A DNA stretch of 64,000 nucleotides from Auanema rhodensis (taxonomy: Eukaryota; Animalia; Nematoda), in the NCBI GenBank assembly GCA_964057225.1, contig CAXKVF010000075.1, positions 248,001-312,000 on the forward strand, read 5' to 3'. The notes under the pieces are model-generated. The model made no database searches. It saw nothing but the letters and a program-made list of their open reading frames with translations, and was not told the DNA's origin. Of this stretch, positions 30,901 to 47,000 are shown in pieces. Made by a program: the position numbers and the translations under genes. How positions within the stretch are numbered: the stretch's first letter is position 1; every line of letters begins with the position of its first letter.

Positions 30901-33900
30901 TAGACTAATATGGACATGGGGAATCTAATTTTGAAAACCGCATCTCTTTATCTTTCACGTGAAGCGAGTTACATACCAAGTGCACATCACGTGTACAATT
31001 AATTAGCATAAATTAAAGTTCACGTAAATTTCAAAGTCATGGTTACCATGAAGCAATATCAATAAAAATTTGTTTTTAGACTAATATGGACATGGGGAAT
31101 CTAATTTTGAAAACCGCATCTCTTTATCTTTCACGTGAAGCGAGTTACATACCAAGTGCACATCACGTGTACATTTAATTAGCATAAATTAAAGTTCACG
31201 TAAATTTCAAAGTCATGGTTACCATGAAGCAATATCAATAAAAATTTGTTTTTAGACTAATATGGACATGGGGAATCTAATTTTGAAAACCACATCTCTT
31301 TATCTTTCACGTGAAGCGAGTTACATACCAAGGGCACATCACGTGTACATTTAATTAGCATAAATTAAAGTTCACGTAAATTTCAAAGTCATGGTTACCA
31401 TGAACCAATATCAATAAAAATTTGTTTTTAGACTAATATGGACATGGGGAATCTAATTTTGAAAACCGCATCTCTTTATCTTTCACGTGAAGCGAGTTAC
31501 ATACCAAGTGCACATCACGTGTACATTTAATTAGCATAAATTAAAGTTCACGTAAATTTCAAAGTCATGGTTACCATGAACTAATATCAATAAAAATTTG
31601 TTTTTAGACTAATATGGACATGGGGAATCTAATTTTGAAAACCGCATCTCTTTATCTTTCACGTGAAGCGAGTTACATACCAAGTGCACATCACGTGTAC
31701 ATTTAATTAGCATAAATTAAAGTTCACGTAAATTTCAAAGTCATGGTTACCATGAACCAATATCAATAAAAATTTGTTTTTAGACTAATATGGACATGGG
31801 GAATCTAATTTTGAAAACCGCATCTCTTTATCTTTCACGTGAAGCGAGTTACATACCAAGTGCACATCACGTGTACATTTAATTAGCATAAATTAAAGTT
31901 CACGTAAATTTCAAAGTCATGGTTACCATGAACCAATATCAATAAAAATTTGTTTTTAGACTAATATGGACATGGGGAATCTAATTTTGAAAACCGCATC
32001 TCTTTATCTTTCACGTGAAGCGAGTTACATACCAAGTGCACATCACGTGTACATTTAATTAGCATAAATTAAAGTTCACGTAAATTTCAAAGTCATGGTT
32101 ACCATGAACCAATATCAATAAAAATTTGTTTTTAGACTAATATGGACATGGGGAATCTAATTTTGAAAACCGCATCTCTTTATCTTTCACGTGAAGCGAG
32201 TTACATACCAAGTGCACATCACGTGTACATTTAATTAGCATAAATTAAAGTTCACGTAAATTTCAAAGTCATGGTTACCATGCACCAATATCAATAAAAA
32301 TTTGTTTTTAGACTAATATGGACATGGGGAATCTAATTTTGAAAACCGCATCTCTTTATCTTTTACGTGAAGCGAGTTACATAAAAAGTGCACATCACGT
32401 GTACATTTAATTAGCATAAATTAAAGTTCACGTAAATTTCAAAGTCATGGTTACCATGAACCAATATCAATAAAAATTTGTTTTTAGACTAATATGGACA
32501 TGGGGAATCTAATTTTGAAAACCGCATCTCTTTATCTTTCACGTGAAGCGAGTTACATACCAAGTGCACATCACGTGTACATTTAATTAGCATAAATTAA
32601 AGTTCACGTAAATTTCAAAGTCATGGTTACCATGCACCAATATCAATAAAAATTTGTTTTTAGACTAATATGGACATGGGGAATCTAATTTTGAAAACCG
32701 CATCTCTTTATCTTTCACGTGAAGCGAGTTACATACCAAGGGCACATCACGTGTACATTTAATTAGCATAAATTAAAGTTCACGTAAATTTCAAAGTCAT
32801 GGTTACCATGAACCAATATCAATAAAAATTTGTTTTTAGACTAATATGGACATGGGGAATCTAATTTTGAAAACCGCATCTCTTTATCTTTCACGTGAAG
32901 CGAGTTACATACCAAGTGCACATCACGTGTACATTTAATTAGCATAAATTAAAGTTCACGTAAATTTCAAAGTCATGGTTACCATGAACCAATATCAATA
33001 AAAATTTGTTTTTAGACTAATATGGACATGGGGAATCTAATTTTGAAAACCGCATCTCTTTATCTTTCACGTGAAGCGAGTTACATACCAAGTGCACATC
33101 ACGTGTACATTTAATTAGCATAAATTAAAGTTCACGTAAATTTCAAAGTCATGGTTACCATGAACCAATATCAATAAAAATTTGTTTTTAGACTAATATG
33201 CACATGGGGAATCTAATTTTGAAAACCGCATCTCTTTATCTTTCACGTGAAGCGAGTTACATACCAAGTGCACATCACGTGTACATTTAATTAGCATAAA
33301 TTAAAGTTCACGTAAATTTCAAAGTCATGGTTACCATGCACCAATATCAATGAAAATTTGTTTTTAGACTAATATGGACATGGGGAATCTAATTTTGAAA
33401 ACCGCATCTCTTTATCTTTCACGTGAAGCGAGTTACATACCAAGTGCACATCACGTGTACAATTAATTAGCATAAATTAAAGTTCACGTAAATTTCAAAG
33501 TCATGGTTACCATGAAGCAATATCAATAAAAATTTGTTTTTAGACTAATATGGACATGGGGAATCTAATTTTGAAAACCGCATCTCTTTATCTTTCACGT
33601 GAAGCGAGTTACATACCAAGTGCACATCACGTGTACATTTAATTAGCATAAATTAAAGTTCACGTAAATTTCAAAGTCATGGTTACCATGAAGCAATATC
33701 AATAAAAATTTGTTTTTAGACTAATATGGACATGGGGAATCTAATTTTGAAAACCACATCTCTTTATCTTTCACGTGAAGCGAGTTACATACCAAGGGCA
33801 CATCACGTGTACATTTAATTAGCATAAATTAAAGTTCACGTAAATTTCAAAGTCATGGTTACCATGAACCAATATCAATAAAAATTTGTTTTTAGACTAA

Positions 33901-35376
33901 TATGGACATGGGGAATCTAATTTTGAAAACCGCATCTCTTTATCTTTCACGTGAAGCGAGTTACATACCAAGTGCACATCACGTGTACATTTAATTAGCA
34001 TAAATTAAAGTTCACGTAAATTTCAAAGTCATGGTTACCATGAACTAATATCAATAAAAATTTGTTTTTAGACTAATATGGACATGGGGAATCTAATTTT
34101 GAAAACCGCATCTCTTTATCTTTCACGTGAAGCGAGTTACATACCAAGTGCACATCACGTGTACATTTAATTAGCATAAATTAAAGTTCACGTAAATTTC
34201 AAAGTCATGGTTACCATGAACCAATATCAATAAAAATTTGTTTTTAGACTAATATGGACATGGGGAATCTAATTTTGAAAACCGCATCTCTTTATCTTTC
34301 ACGTGAAGCGAGTTACATACCAAGTGCACATCACGTGTACATTTAATTAGCATAAATTAAAGTTCACGTAAATTTCAAAGTCATGGTTACCATGAACCAA
34401 TATCAATAAAAATTTGTTTTTAGACTAATATGGACATGGGGAATCTAATTTTGAAAACCGCATCTCTTTATCTTTCACGTGAAGCGAGTTACATACCAAG
34501 TGCACATCACGTGTACATTTAATTAGCATAAATTAAAGTTCACGTAAATTTCAAAGTCATGGTTACCATGAACCAATATCAATAAAAATTTGTTTTTAGA
34601 CTAATATGGACATGGGGAATCTAATTTTGAAAACCGCATCTCTTTATCTTTCACGTGAAGCGAGTTACATACCAAGTGCACATCACGTGTACATTTAATT
34701 AGCATAAATTAAAGTTCACGTAAATTTCAAAGTCATGGTTACCATGCACCAATATCAATAAAAATTTGTTTTTAGACTAATATGGACATGGGGAATCTAA
34801 TTTTGAAAACCGCATCTCTTTATCTTTTACGTGAAGCGAGTTACATAAAAAGTGCACATCACGTGTACATTTAATTAGCATAAATTAAAGTTCACGTAAA
34901 TTTCAAAGTCATGGTTACCATGAACCAATATCAATAAAAATTTGTTTTTAGACTAATATGGACATGGGGAATCTAATTTTGAAAACCGCATCTCTTTATC
35001 TTTCACGTGAAGCGAGTTACATACCAAGTGCACATCACGTGTACATTTAATTAGCATAAATTAAAGTTCACGTAAATTTCAAAGTCATGGTTACCATGCA
35101 CCAATATCAATAAAAATTTGTTTTTAGACTAATATGGACATGGGGAATCTAATTTTGAAAACCGCATCTCTTTATCTTTCACGTGAAGCGAGTTACATAC
35201 CAAGGGCACATCACGTGTACATTTAATTAGCATAAATTAAAGTTCACGTAAATTTCAAAGTCATGGTTACCATGAACCAATATCAATAAAAATTTGTTTT
35301 TAGACTAATATGGACATGGGGAATCTAATTTTGAAAACCGCATCTCTTTATCTTTCACGTGAAGCGAGTTACATAC
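27985..35376. repeat. Overlapping 12-monomer (2112-bp) and 14-monomer (2464-bp) duplications
   Basis: GTGTAAAATT+CATCGG monomer at 28161 and 30273; TTTTACG + ATAAAAAG variant at 32384 and 34848, with matching neighbours. Confidence 0.85.
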
Positions 35377-38300
35377 CAAGTGCACATCACGTGTACATTT
35401 AATTAGCATAAATTAAAGTTCACGTAAATTTCAAAGTCATGGTTACCATGCACCAATATCAATAAAAATTTGTTTTTAGACTAATATGGACATGGGGAAT
35501 CTAATTTTGAAAACCGCATCTCTTTATCTTTCACGTGAAGCGAGTTACATACCAAGTGCACATCACGTGTACATTTAATTAGCATAAATTAAAGTTCACG
35601 TAAATTTCAAAGTCATGGTTACCATGAAGCAATATCAATAAAAATTTGTTTTTAGACTAATATGGACATGGGGAATCTAATTTTGAAAACCGCATCTCTT
35701 TATCTTTCACGTGAAGCGAGTTACATACCAAGTGCACATCACGTGTACATTTAATTAGCATAAATTAAAGTTCACGTAAATTTCAAAGTCATGGTTACCA
35801 TGCACCAATATCAATAAAAATTTGTTTTTAGACTAATATGGACATGGGGAATCTAATTTTGAAAACCGCATCTCTTTTTCTTTCACGTGAAGCGAGTTAC
35901 ATACCAAGTGCACATCACGTGTACATTTAATTAGCATAAATTAAAGTTCACGTAAATTTCAAAGTCATGGTTACCATGCACCAATATCAATAAAAATTTG
36001 TTTTTAGACTAATATGGATATGGGGAATCTAATTTTGAAAACCGCATCTCTTTATCTTTCACGTGAAGCGAGTTACATACCAAGTGCACATCACGTGTAC
36101 AATTAATTAGCATAAATTAAAGTTCACGTAAATTTCAAAGTCATGGTTACCATGAAGCAATATCAATAAAAATTTGTTTTTAGACTAATATGGACATGGG
36201 GAATCTAATTTTGAAAACCGCATCTCTTTATCTTTCACGTGAAGCGAGTTACATACCAAGTGCACATCACGTGTACATTTAATTAGCATAAATTAAAGTT
36301 CACGTAAATTTCAAAGTCATGGTTACCATGAAGCAATATCAATAAAAATTTGTTTTTAGACTAATATGGACATGGGGAATCTAATTTTGAAAACCGCATC
36401 TCTTTATCTTTCACGTGAAGCGAGTTACATACCAAGTGCACATCACGTGTACATTTAATTAGCATAAATTAAAGTTCACGTAAATTTCAAAGTCATGGTT
36501 ACCATGAACCAATATCAATAAAAATTTGTTTTTAGACTAATATGGACATGGGGAATCTAATTTTGAAAACCGCATCTCTTTATCTTTCACGTGAAGCGAG
36601 TTACATACCAAGTGCACATCACGTGTACATTTAATTAGCATAAATTAAAGTTCACGTAAATTTCAAAGTCATGGTTACCATGAACCAATATCAATAAAAA
36701 TTTGTTTTTAGACTAATATGGACATGGGGAATCTAATTTTGAAAACCGCATCTCTTTATCTTTCACGTGAAGCGAGTTACATACCAAGTGCACATCACGT
36801 GTACATTTAATTAGCATAAATTAAAGTTCACGTAAATTTCAAAGTCATGGTTACCATGAACCAATATCAATAAAAATTTGTTTTTAGACTAATATGCACA
36901 TGGGGAATCTAATTTTGAAAACCGCATCTCTTTATCTTTCACGTGAAGCGAGTTACATACCAAGTGCACATCACGTGTACATTTAATTAGCATAAATTAA
37001 AGTTCACGTAAATTTCAAAGTCATGGTTACCATGCACCAATATCAATGAAAATTTGTTTTTAGACTAATATGGACATGGGGAATCTAATTTTGAAAACCG
37101 CATCTCTTTATCTTTCACGTGAAGCGAGTTACATACCAAGTGCACATCACGTGTACATTTAATTAGCATAAATTAAAGTTCACGTAAATTTCAAAGTCAT
37201 GGTTACCATGAAGCAATATCAATAAAAATTTGTTTTTAGACTAATATGGACATGGGGAATCTAATTTTGAAAACCGCATCTCTTTATCTTTCACGTGAAG
37301 CGAGTTACATACCAAGTGCACATCACGTGTACATTTAATTAGCATAAATTAAAGTTCACGTAAATTTCAAAGTCATGGTTACCATGAACCAATATCAATA
37401 AAAATTTGTTTTTAGACTAATATGGACATGGGGAATCTAATTTTGAAAACCGCATTTCTTTATCTTTCACGTGAAGCGAGTTACATACCAAGTGCACATC
37501 ACGTGTACATTTAATTAGCATAAATTAAAGTTCACGTAAATTTCAAAGTCATGGTTACCATGCACCAATATCAATAAAAATTTGTTTTTAGACTAATATG
37601 GACATGGGGAATCTAATTTTGAAAACCGCATCTCTTTTTCTTTCACGTGAAGCGAGTTACATACCAAGTGCACATCACGTGTACATTTAATTAGCATAAA
37701 TTAAAGTTCACGTAAATTTCAAAGTCATGGTTACCATGCACCAATATCAATAAAAATTTGTTTTTAGACTAATATGGACATGGGGAATCTAATTTTGAAA
37801 ACCGCATCTCTTTATCTTTCACGTGAAGCGAGTTACATACCAAGTGCACATCACGTGTACAATTAATTACCATAAATTAAAGTTCACGTAAATTTCAAAG
37901 TCATGGTTACCATGAAGCAATATCAATAAAAATTTGTTTTTAGACTAATATGGACATGGGGAATCTAATTTTGAAAACCGCATTTCTTTATCTTTCACGT
38001 GAAGCGAGTTACATACCAAGTGCACATCACGTGTACATTTAATTAGCATAAATTAAAGTTCACGTAAATTTCAAAGTCATGGTTACCATGCACCAATATC
38101 AATAAAAATTTGTTTTTAGACTAATATGGACATGGGGAATCTAATTTTGAAAACCGCATCTCTTTTTCTTTCACGTGAAGCGAGTTACATACCAAGTGCA
38201 CATCACGTGTACATTTAATTAGCATAAATTAAAGTTCACGTAAATTTCAAAGTCATGGTTACCATGCACCAATATCAATAAAAATTTGTTTTTAGACTAA

Positions 38301-39600
38301 TATGGACATGGGGAATCTAATTTTGAAAACCGCATCTCTTTATCTTTCACGTGAAGCGAGTTACATACCAAGTGCACATCACGTGTACAATTAATTACCA
38401 TAAATTAAAGTTCACGTAAATTTCAAAATCATGGTTACCATGAAGCAATATCAATAAAAATTTGTTTTTAGACTAATATGGACATGGGGAATCTAATTTT
38501 GAAAACCGCATCTCTTTATCTTTCACGTGATGCGAGTTACATACCAAGTGCACATCACGTGTACATTTAATTAGCATAAATTAAAGTTCACGTAAATTTC
38601 AAAGTCATGGTTACCATGAAGCAATATCAATAAAAATTTGTTTTTAGACTAATATGGACATGGGGAATCTAATTTTGAAAACCACATCTCTTTATTTTTC
38701 ACGTGAAGCGAGTTACATACCAAGTGCACATCACGTGTACATTTAATTAGCATAAATTAAAGTTCACGTAAATTTCAAAGTCATGGTTACCATGAACCAA
38801 TATCAATAAAAATTTGTTTTTAGAATAATATGGACATGGGGAATCTAATTTTGAAAACCGCATCTCTTTATCTTTCACGTGAAGCGAGTTACATACCAAG
38901 TGCACATCACGTGTACATTTAATTAGCATAAATTAAAGTTCACGTAAATTTCAAAGTCATGGTTACCATGAACTAATATCAATAAAAATTTGTTTTTAGA
39001 CTAATATGGACATGGGGAATCTAATTTTGAAAACCGCATCTCTTTATCTTTCACGTGAAGCGAGTTACATACCAAGTGCACATCACGTGTACATTTAATT
39101 AGCATAAATTAAAGTTCACGTAAATTTCAAAGTCATGGTTACCATGAACCAATATCAATAAAAATTTGTTTTTAGACTAATATGGACATGGGGAATCTAA
39201 TTTTGAAAACCGCATCTCTTTATCTTTCACGTGAAGCGAGTTACATACCAAGTGCACATCACGTGTACATTTAATTAGCATAAATTAAAGTTCACGTAAA
39301 TTTCAAAGTCATGGTTACCATGAACCAATATCAATAAAAATTTGTTTTTAGACTAATATGGACATGGGGAATTTAATTTTGAAAACCGCATCTCTTTATC
39401 TTTCACGTGAAGCGAGTTACATACCAAGTGCACATCACGTGTACATTTAATTAGCATAAATTAAAGTTCACGTAAATTTCAAAGTCATGGTTACCATGAA
39501 CCAATATCAATAAAAATTTGTTTTTAGACTAATATGGACATGGGGAATCTAATTTTGAAAACCGCATCTCTTTATCTTTCACGTGAAGCGAGTTACATAC

Positions 39601-42600
39601 CAAGTGCACATCACGTGTACATTTAATTAGCATAAATTAAAGTTCACGTAAATTTCAAAGTCATGGTTACCATGCACCAATATCAATAAAAATTTGTTTT
39701 TAGACTAATATGGACATGGGGAATCTAATTTTGAAAACCGCATCTCTTTATCTTTCACGTGAAGCGAGTTACATACCAAGTGCACATCACGTGTACATTT
39801 AATTAGCATAAATTAAAGTTCACGTAAATTTCAAAGTCATGGTTACCATGCACCAATATCAATAAAAATTTGTTTTTAGACTAATATGGACATGGGGAAT
39901 CTAATTTTGAAAACCGCATCTCTTTATCTTTCACGTGAAGCGAGTTACATACCAAGTGCACATCACGTGTACATTTAATTAGCATAAATTAAAGTTCACG
40001 TAAATTTCAAAGTCATGGTTACCATGAAGCAATATCAATAAAAATTTGTTTTTAGACTAATATGGACATGAGGAATCTAATTTTGAAAACCGCATCTCTT
40101 TATCTTACACGTGAAGCGAGTTACATACCAAGTGCACATCACGTGTACATTTAATTAGCATAAATTAAAGTTCACGTAAATTTCAAAGTCATGGTTACCA
40201 TGAAGCAATATCAATAAAAATTTGTTTTTAGACTAATATGGACATGGGGAATCTAATTTTGAAAACCGCATCTCTTTATCTTTCACGTGAAGCGAGTTAC
40301 ATACCAAGTGCACATCACGTGTACATTTAATTAGCATAAATTAAAGTTCACGTAAATTTCAAAGTCATGGTTACCATGAACCAATATCAATAAAAATTTG
40401 TTTTTAGACTAATATGGACATGGGGAATCTAATTTTGAAAACCGCATTTCTTTATCTTTCACGTGAAGCGAGTTACATACCAAGTGCACATCACGTGTAC
40501 ATTTAATTAGCATAAATTAAAGTTCACGTAAATTTCAAAGTCATGGTTACCATGCACCAATATCAATAAAAATTTGTTTTTAGACTAATATGGACATGGG
40601 GAATCTAATTTTGAAAACCGCATCTCTTTTTCTTTCACGTGAAGCGAGTTACATACCAAGTGCACATCACGTGTACATTTAATTAGCATAAATTAAAGTT
40701 CACGTAAATTTCAAAGTCATGGTTACCATGCACCAATATCAATAAAAATTTGTTTTTAGACTAATATGGACATGGGGAATCTAATTTTGAAAACCGCATC
40801 TCTTTATCTTTCACGTGAAGCGAGTTACATACCAAGTGCACATCACGTGTACATTTAATTAGCATAAATTAAAGTTCACGTAAATTTCAAAGTCATGGTT
40901 ACCATGCACCAATATCAATAAAAATTTGTTTTTAGACTAATATGGACATGGGGAATCTAATTTTGAAAACCGCATCTCTTTTTCTTTCACGTGAAGCGAG
41001 TTACATACCAAGTGCACATCACGTGTACATTTAATTAGCATAAATTAAAGTTCACGTAAATTTCAAAGTCATGGTTACCATGCACCAATATCAATAAAAA
41101 TTTGTTTTTAGACTAATATGGACATGGGGAATCTAATTTTGAAAACCGCATCTCTTTATCTTTCACGTGAAGCGAGTTACATACCAAGTGCACATCACGT
41201 GTACAATTAATAAGCATAAATTAAAGTTCACGTAATTTTCAAAGTCATGGTTACCATGAAGCAATATCAATAAAAATTTGTTTTTAGACTAATATGGACA
41301 TGGGGAATCTAATTTTAAAAACCGCATCTCTTTATCTTTCACGTGAAGCGAGTTACATACCAAGTGCACATCACGTGTACATTTAATTAGCATAAATTAA
41401 AGTTCACGTAAATTTCAAAGTCATGGTTACCATGAAGCAATATCAATAAAAATTTGTTTTTAGACTAATATGGACATGGGGAATCTAATTTTGAAAACCA
41501 CATCTCTTTATCTTTCACGTGAAGCGAGTTACATACCAAGTGCACATCACGTGTACATTTAATTAGCATAAATTAAAGTTCACGTAAATTTCAAAGTCAT
41601 GGTTACCATGAACCAATATCAATAAAAATTTGTTTTTAGACTAATATGGACATGGGGAATCTAATTTTGAAAACCGCATCTCTTTATCTTTCACGTGAAG
41701 CGAGTTACATACCAAGTGCACATCACGTGTACATTTAATTAGCATAAATTAAAGTTCACGTAAATTTCAAAGTCATGGTTACCATGAACCAATATCAATA
41801 AAAATTTGTTTTTAGACTAATATGGACATGGGGAATCTAATTTTGAAAACCGCATCTCTTTATCTTTCACGTGAAGCGAGTTACATACCAAGTGCACATC
41901 ACGTGTACATTTAATTAGCATAAATTAAAGTTCACGTAAATTTCAAAGTCATGGTTACCATGAACCAATATCAATAAAAATTTGTTTTTAGACTAATATG
42001 GACATGGGGAATCTAATTTTGAAAACCGCATCTCTTTATCTTTCACGTGAAGCGAGTTACATACCAAGTGCACATCACGTGTACATTTAATTAGCATAAA
42101 TTAAAGTTCACGTAAATTTCAAAGTCATGGTTACCATGAACCAATATCAATAAAAATTTGTTTTTAGACTAATATGGACATGGGGAATCTAATTTTGAAA
42201 ACCGCATCTCTTTATCTTTCACGTGAAGCGAGTTACATACCAAGTGCACATCACGTGTACATTTAATTAGCATAAATTAAAGTTCACGTAAATTTCAAAG
42301 TCATGGTTACCATGCACCAATATCAATAAAAATTTGTTTTTAGACTAATATGGACATGGGGAATCTAATTTTGAAAACCGCATCTCTTTATCTTTCACGT
42401 GAAGCGAGTTACATACCAAGTGCACATCACGTGTACATTTAATTAGCATAAATTAAAGTTCACGTAAATTTCAAAGTCATGGTTACCATGCACCAATATC
42501 AATAAAAATTTGTTTTTAGACTAATATGGACATGGGGAATCTAATTTTGAAAACCGCATCTCTTTATCTTTCACGTGAAGCGAGTTACATACCAAGTGCA

Positions 42601-44000
42601 CATCACGTGTACATTTAATTAGCATAAATTAAAGTTCACGTAAATTTCAAAGTCATGGTTACCATGAAGCAATATCAATAAAAATTTGTTTTTAGACTAA
42701 TATGGACATGGGGAATCTAATTTTGAAAACCGCATCTCTTTATCTTACACGTGAAGCGAGTTACATACCAAGTGCACATCACGTGTACATTTAATTAGCA
42801 TAAATTAAAGTTCACGTAAATTTCAAAGTCATGGTTACCATGAAGCAATATCAATAAAAATTTGTTTTTAGACTAATATGGACATGGGGAATCTAATTTT
42901 GAAAACCGCATCTCTTTATCTTTCACGTGAAGCGAGTTACATACCAAGTGCACATCACGTGTACATTTAAATAGCATAAATTAAAGTTCACGTAAATTTC
43001 AAAGTCATGGTTACCATGAACCAATATCAATAAAAATTTGTTTTTAGACTAATATGGACATGGGGAATCTAATTTTGAAAACCGCATTTCTTTATCTTTC
43101 ACGTGAAGCGAGTTACATACCAAGTGCACATCACGTGTACATTTAATTAGCATAAATTAAAGTTCACGTAAATTTCAAAGTCATGGTTACCATGCACCAA
43201 TATCAATAAAAATTTGTTTTTAGACTAATATGGACATGGGGAATCTAATTTTGAAAACCGCATCTCTTTTTCTTTCACGTGAAGCGAGTTACATACCAAG
43301 TGCACATCACGTGTACATTTAATTAGCATAAATTAAAGTTCACGTAAATTTCAAAGTCATGGTTACCATGCACCAATATCAATAAAAATTTGTTTTTAAA
43401 CTAATATGGACATGGGGAATCTAATTTTGAAAACCACATCTCTTTATCTTTCACGTGAAGCGAGTTACATACCAAGTGCACATCACGTGTACATTTAATT
43501 AGCATAAATTAAAGTTCACGTAAATTTCAAAGTCATGGTTACCATGCACCAATATCAATAAAAATTTGTTTTTAGACTAATATGGACATGGGGAATCTAA
43601 TTTTGAAAACCGCATCTCTTTATCTTTCACGTGAAGCGAGTTACATACCAAGTGCACATCACGTGTACATTTAATTAGCATAAATTAAAGTTCACGTAAA
43701 TTTCAAAGTCATGGTTACCATGAACCAATATCAATAAAAATTTGTTTTTAGACTAATATGGACATGGGGAATCTAATTTTGAAAACCGCATCTCTTTATC
43801 TTTCACGTGAAGCGAGTTACATACCAAGTGCACATCACGTGTACAATTAATAAGCATAAATTAAAGTTCACGTAAATTTCAAAGTCATGGTTACCATGAA
43901 GCAATATCAATAAAAATTTGTTTTTAGACTAATATGGACATGGGGAATCTAATTTTAAAAACCGCATCTCTTTATCTTTCACGTGAAGCGAGTTACATAC
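39601..44000. repeat. Diverged 15-monomer (2640-bp) duplication
   Basis: TTACACG variant in monomers at 39953 and 42593; ACAATTAATAAG+TTTTAAAA monomer at 41185 and 43825. Confidence 0.82.
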
Positions 44001-47000
44001 CAAGTGCACATCACGTGTACATTTAATTAGCATAAATTAAAGTTCACGTAAATTTCAAAGTCATGGTTACCATGAACCAATATCAATAAAAATTTGTTTT
44101 TAGACTAATATGGACATGGGGAATCTAATTTTGAAAACCGCATCTCTTTATCTTTCACGTGAAGCGAGTTACATACCAAGTGCACATCACGTGTACATTT
44201 AATTAGCATAAATTAAAGTTCACGTAAATTTCAAAGTCATGGTTACCATGCACCAATATCAATAAAAATTTGTTTTTAGACTAATATGGACATGGGGAAT
44301 CTAATTTTGAAAACCGCATCTCTTTATCTTTCACGTGAAGCGAGTTACATACCAAGTGCACATCACGTGTACATTTAATTAGCATAAATTAAAGTTCACG
44401 TAAATTTCAAAGTCATGGTTACCATGAACCAATATCAATAAAAATTTGTTTTTAGACTAATATGGACATGGGGAATCTAATTTTGAAAACCGCATTTCTT
44501 TATATTTCACGTGAAGCGAGTTACATACCAAGTGCACATCACGTGTACATTTAATTAGCATAAATTAAAGTTCACGTAAATTTCAAAGTCATGGTTACCA
44601 TGCACCAATATCAATAAAAATTTGTTTTTAGACTAATATGGACATGGGGAATCTAATTTTGAAAACCGCATTTCTTTATATTTCACGTGAAGCGAGTTAC
44701 ATACCAAGTGCACATCACGTGTACATTTAATTAGCATAAATTAAAGTTCACGTAAATTTCAAAGTCATGGTTACCATGCACCAATATCAATAAAAATTTG
44801 TTTTTAGACTAATATGGACATGGGGAATCTAATTTTAAAAACCGCATCTCTTTTTCTTTCACGTGAAGCGAGTTACATACCAAGTGCACATCACGTGTAC
44901 ATTTAATTAGCATAAATTAAAGTTCACGTAAATTTCAAAGTCATGGTTACCATGCACCAATATCAATAAAAATTTGTTTTTAGACTAATATGGACATGGG
45001 GAATCTAATTTTGAAAACCGCATCTCTTTATCTTTCACGTGAAGCGAGTTACATACCAAGTGCACATCACGTGTACATTTAATTAGCATAAATTAAAGTT
45101 CACGTAAATTTCAAAGTCATGGTTACCATGAACCAATATCAATAAAAATTTGTTTTTAGACTAATATGGACATGGGGAATCTAATTTTGAAAACCGCATT
45201 TCTTTATATTTCACGTGAAGCGAGTTACATACCAAGTGCACATCACGTGTACATTTAATTAGCATAAATTAAAGTTCACGTAAATTTCAAAGTCATGGTT
45301 ACCATGAACCAATATCAATAAAATTTTGTTTTTAGACTAATATGGACATGGGGAATCTAATTTTGAAAACCGCATTTCTTTATATTTCACGTGAAGCGAG
45401 TTACATACCAAGTGCACATCACGTGTACATTTAATTAGCATAAATTAAAGTTCACGTAAATTTCAAAGTCGTGGTTACCATGCACCAATATCAATAAAAA
45501 TTTGTTTTTAGACTAATATGGACATGGGGAATCTAATTTTAAAAACCGCATCTCTTTTTCTTTCACGTGAAGCGAGTTACATACCAAGTGCACATCACGT
45601 GTACATTTAATTAGCATAAATTAAAGTTCACGTAAATTTCAAAGTCATGGTTACCATGCACCAATATCAATAAAAATTTGTTTTTAGACTAATATGGACA
45701 TGGGGAATCTAATTTTGAAAACCGCATCTCTTTATCTTTCACGTGAAGCGAGTTACATACCAAGTGCACATCACGTGTACATTTAATTAGCATAAATTAA
45801 AGTTCACGTAAATTTCAAAGTCATGGTTACCATGAACCAATATCAATAAAAATTTGTTTTTAGACTAATATGGACATGGGGAATCTAATTTTGAAAACCG
45901 CATCTCTTTATCTTTCACGTGAAGCGAGTTACATACCAAGTGCACATCACGTGTACATTTAATTAGCATAAATTAAAGTTCACGTAAATTTCAAAGTCAT
46001 GGTTACCATGCACCAATATCAATAAAAATTTGTTTTTAGACTAATATGGACATGGAGAATCTAATTTTGAAAACCGCATCTCTTTATCTTTCACGTGAAG
46101 CGAGTTACATACCAAGTGCACATCACGTGTACATTTAATTAGCATAAATTAAAGTTCACGTAAATTTCAAAGTCATGGTTACCATGCACCAATATCAATA
46201 AAAATTTGTTTTTAGACTAATATGGACATGGGGAATCTAATTTTGAAAACCGCATCTCTTTATCTTTCACGTGAAGCGAGTTACATACCAAGTGCACATC
46301 ACGTGTACATTTAATTAGCATAAATTAAAGTTCACGTAAATTTCAAAGTCATGGTTACCATGAACCAATATCAATAAAAATTTGTTTTCAGACTAATATG
46401 GACATGGGGAATCTAATTTTGAAAACCGCATTTCTTTATCTTTCACGTGAAGCGAGTTACATACCAAGTGCACATCACGTGTACATTTAATTAGCATAAA
46501 TTAAAGTTCACGTAAATTTCAAAGTCATGGTTACCATGAACCAATATCAATAAAAATTTGTTTTTAGACTAATATGGACATGGGGAATCTAATTTTGAAA
46601 ACCGCATCTCTTTATCTTTCACGTGAAGCGAGTTACATACCAAGTGCACATCACGTGTACATTTAATTAGCATAAATTAAAGTTCACGTAAATTTCAAAG
46701 TCATGGTTACCATGAACCAATATCAATAAAAATTTGTTTTTAGACTAATATGGACATGGGGAATCTAATTTTGAAAACCGCATCTCTTTATCTTTCACGT
46801 GAAGCGAGTTACATACCAAGTGCACATCACGTGTACATTTAATTAGCATAAATTAAAGTTCACGTAAATTTCAAAGTCATGGTTACCATGCACCAATATC
46901 AATAAAAATTTGTTTTTAGACTAATATGGACATGGAGAATCTAATTTTGAAAACCGCATCTCTTTATCTTTCACGTGAAGCGAGTTACATACCAAGTGCA

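Noticed and set aside
38747-38929. 60-aa minus-strand ORF in the satellite
   Set aside because: It arises only because a private C>A at 38825 removes a TAG stop in one monomer. It is translated satellite with no coding signal.
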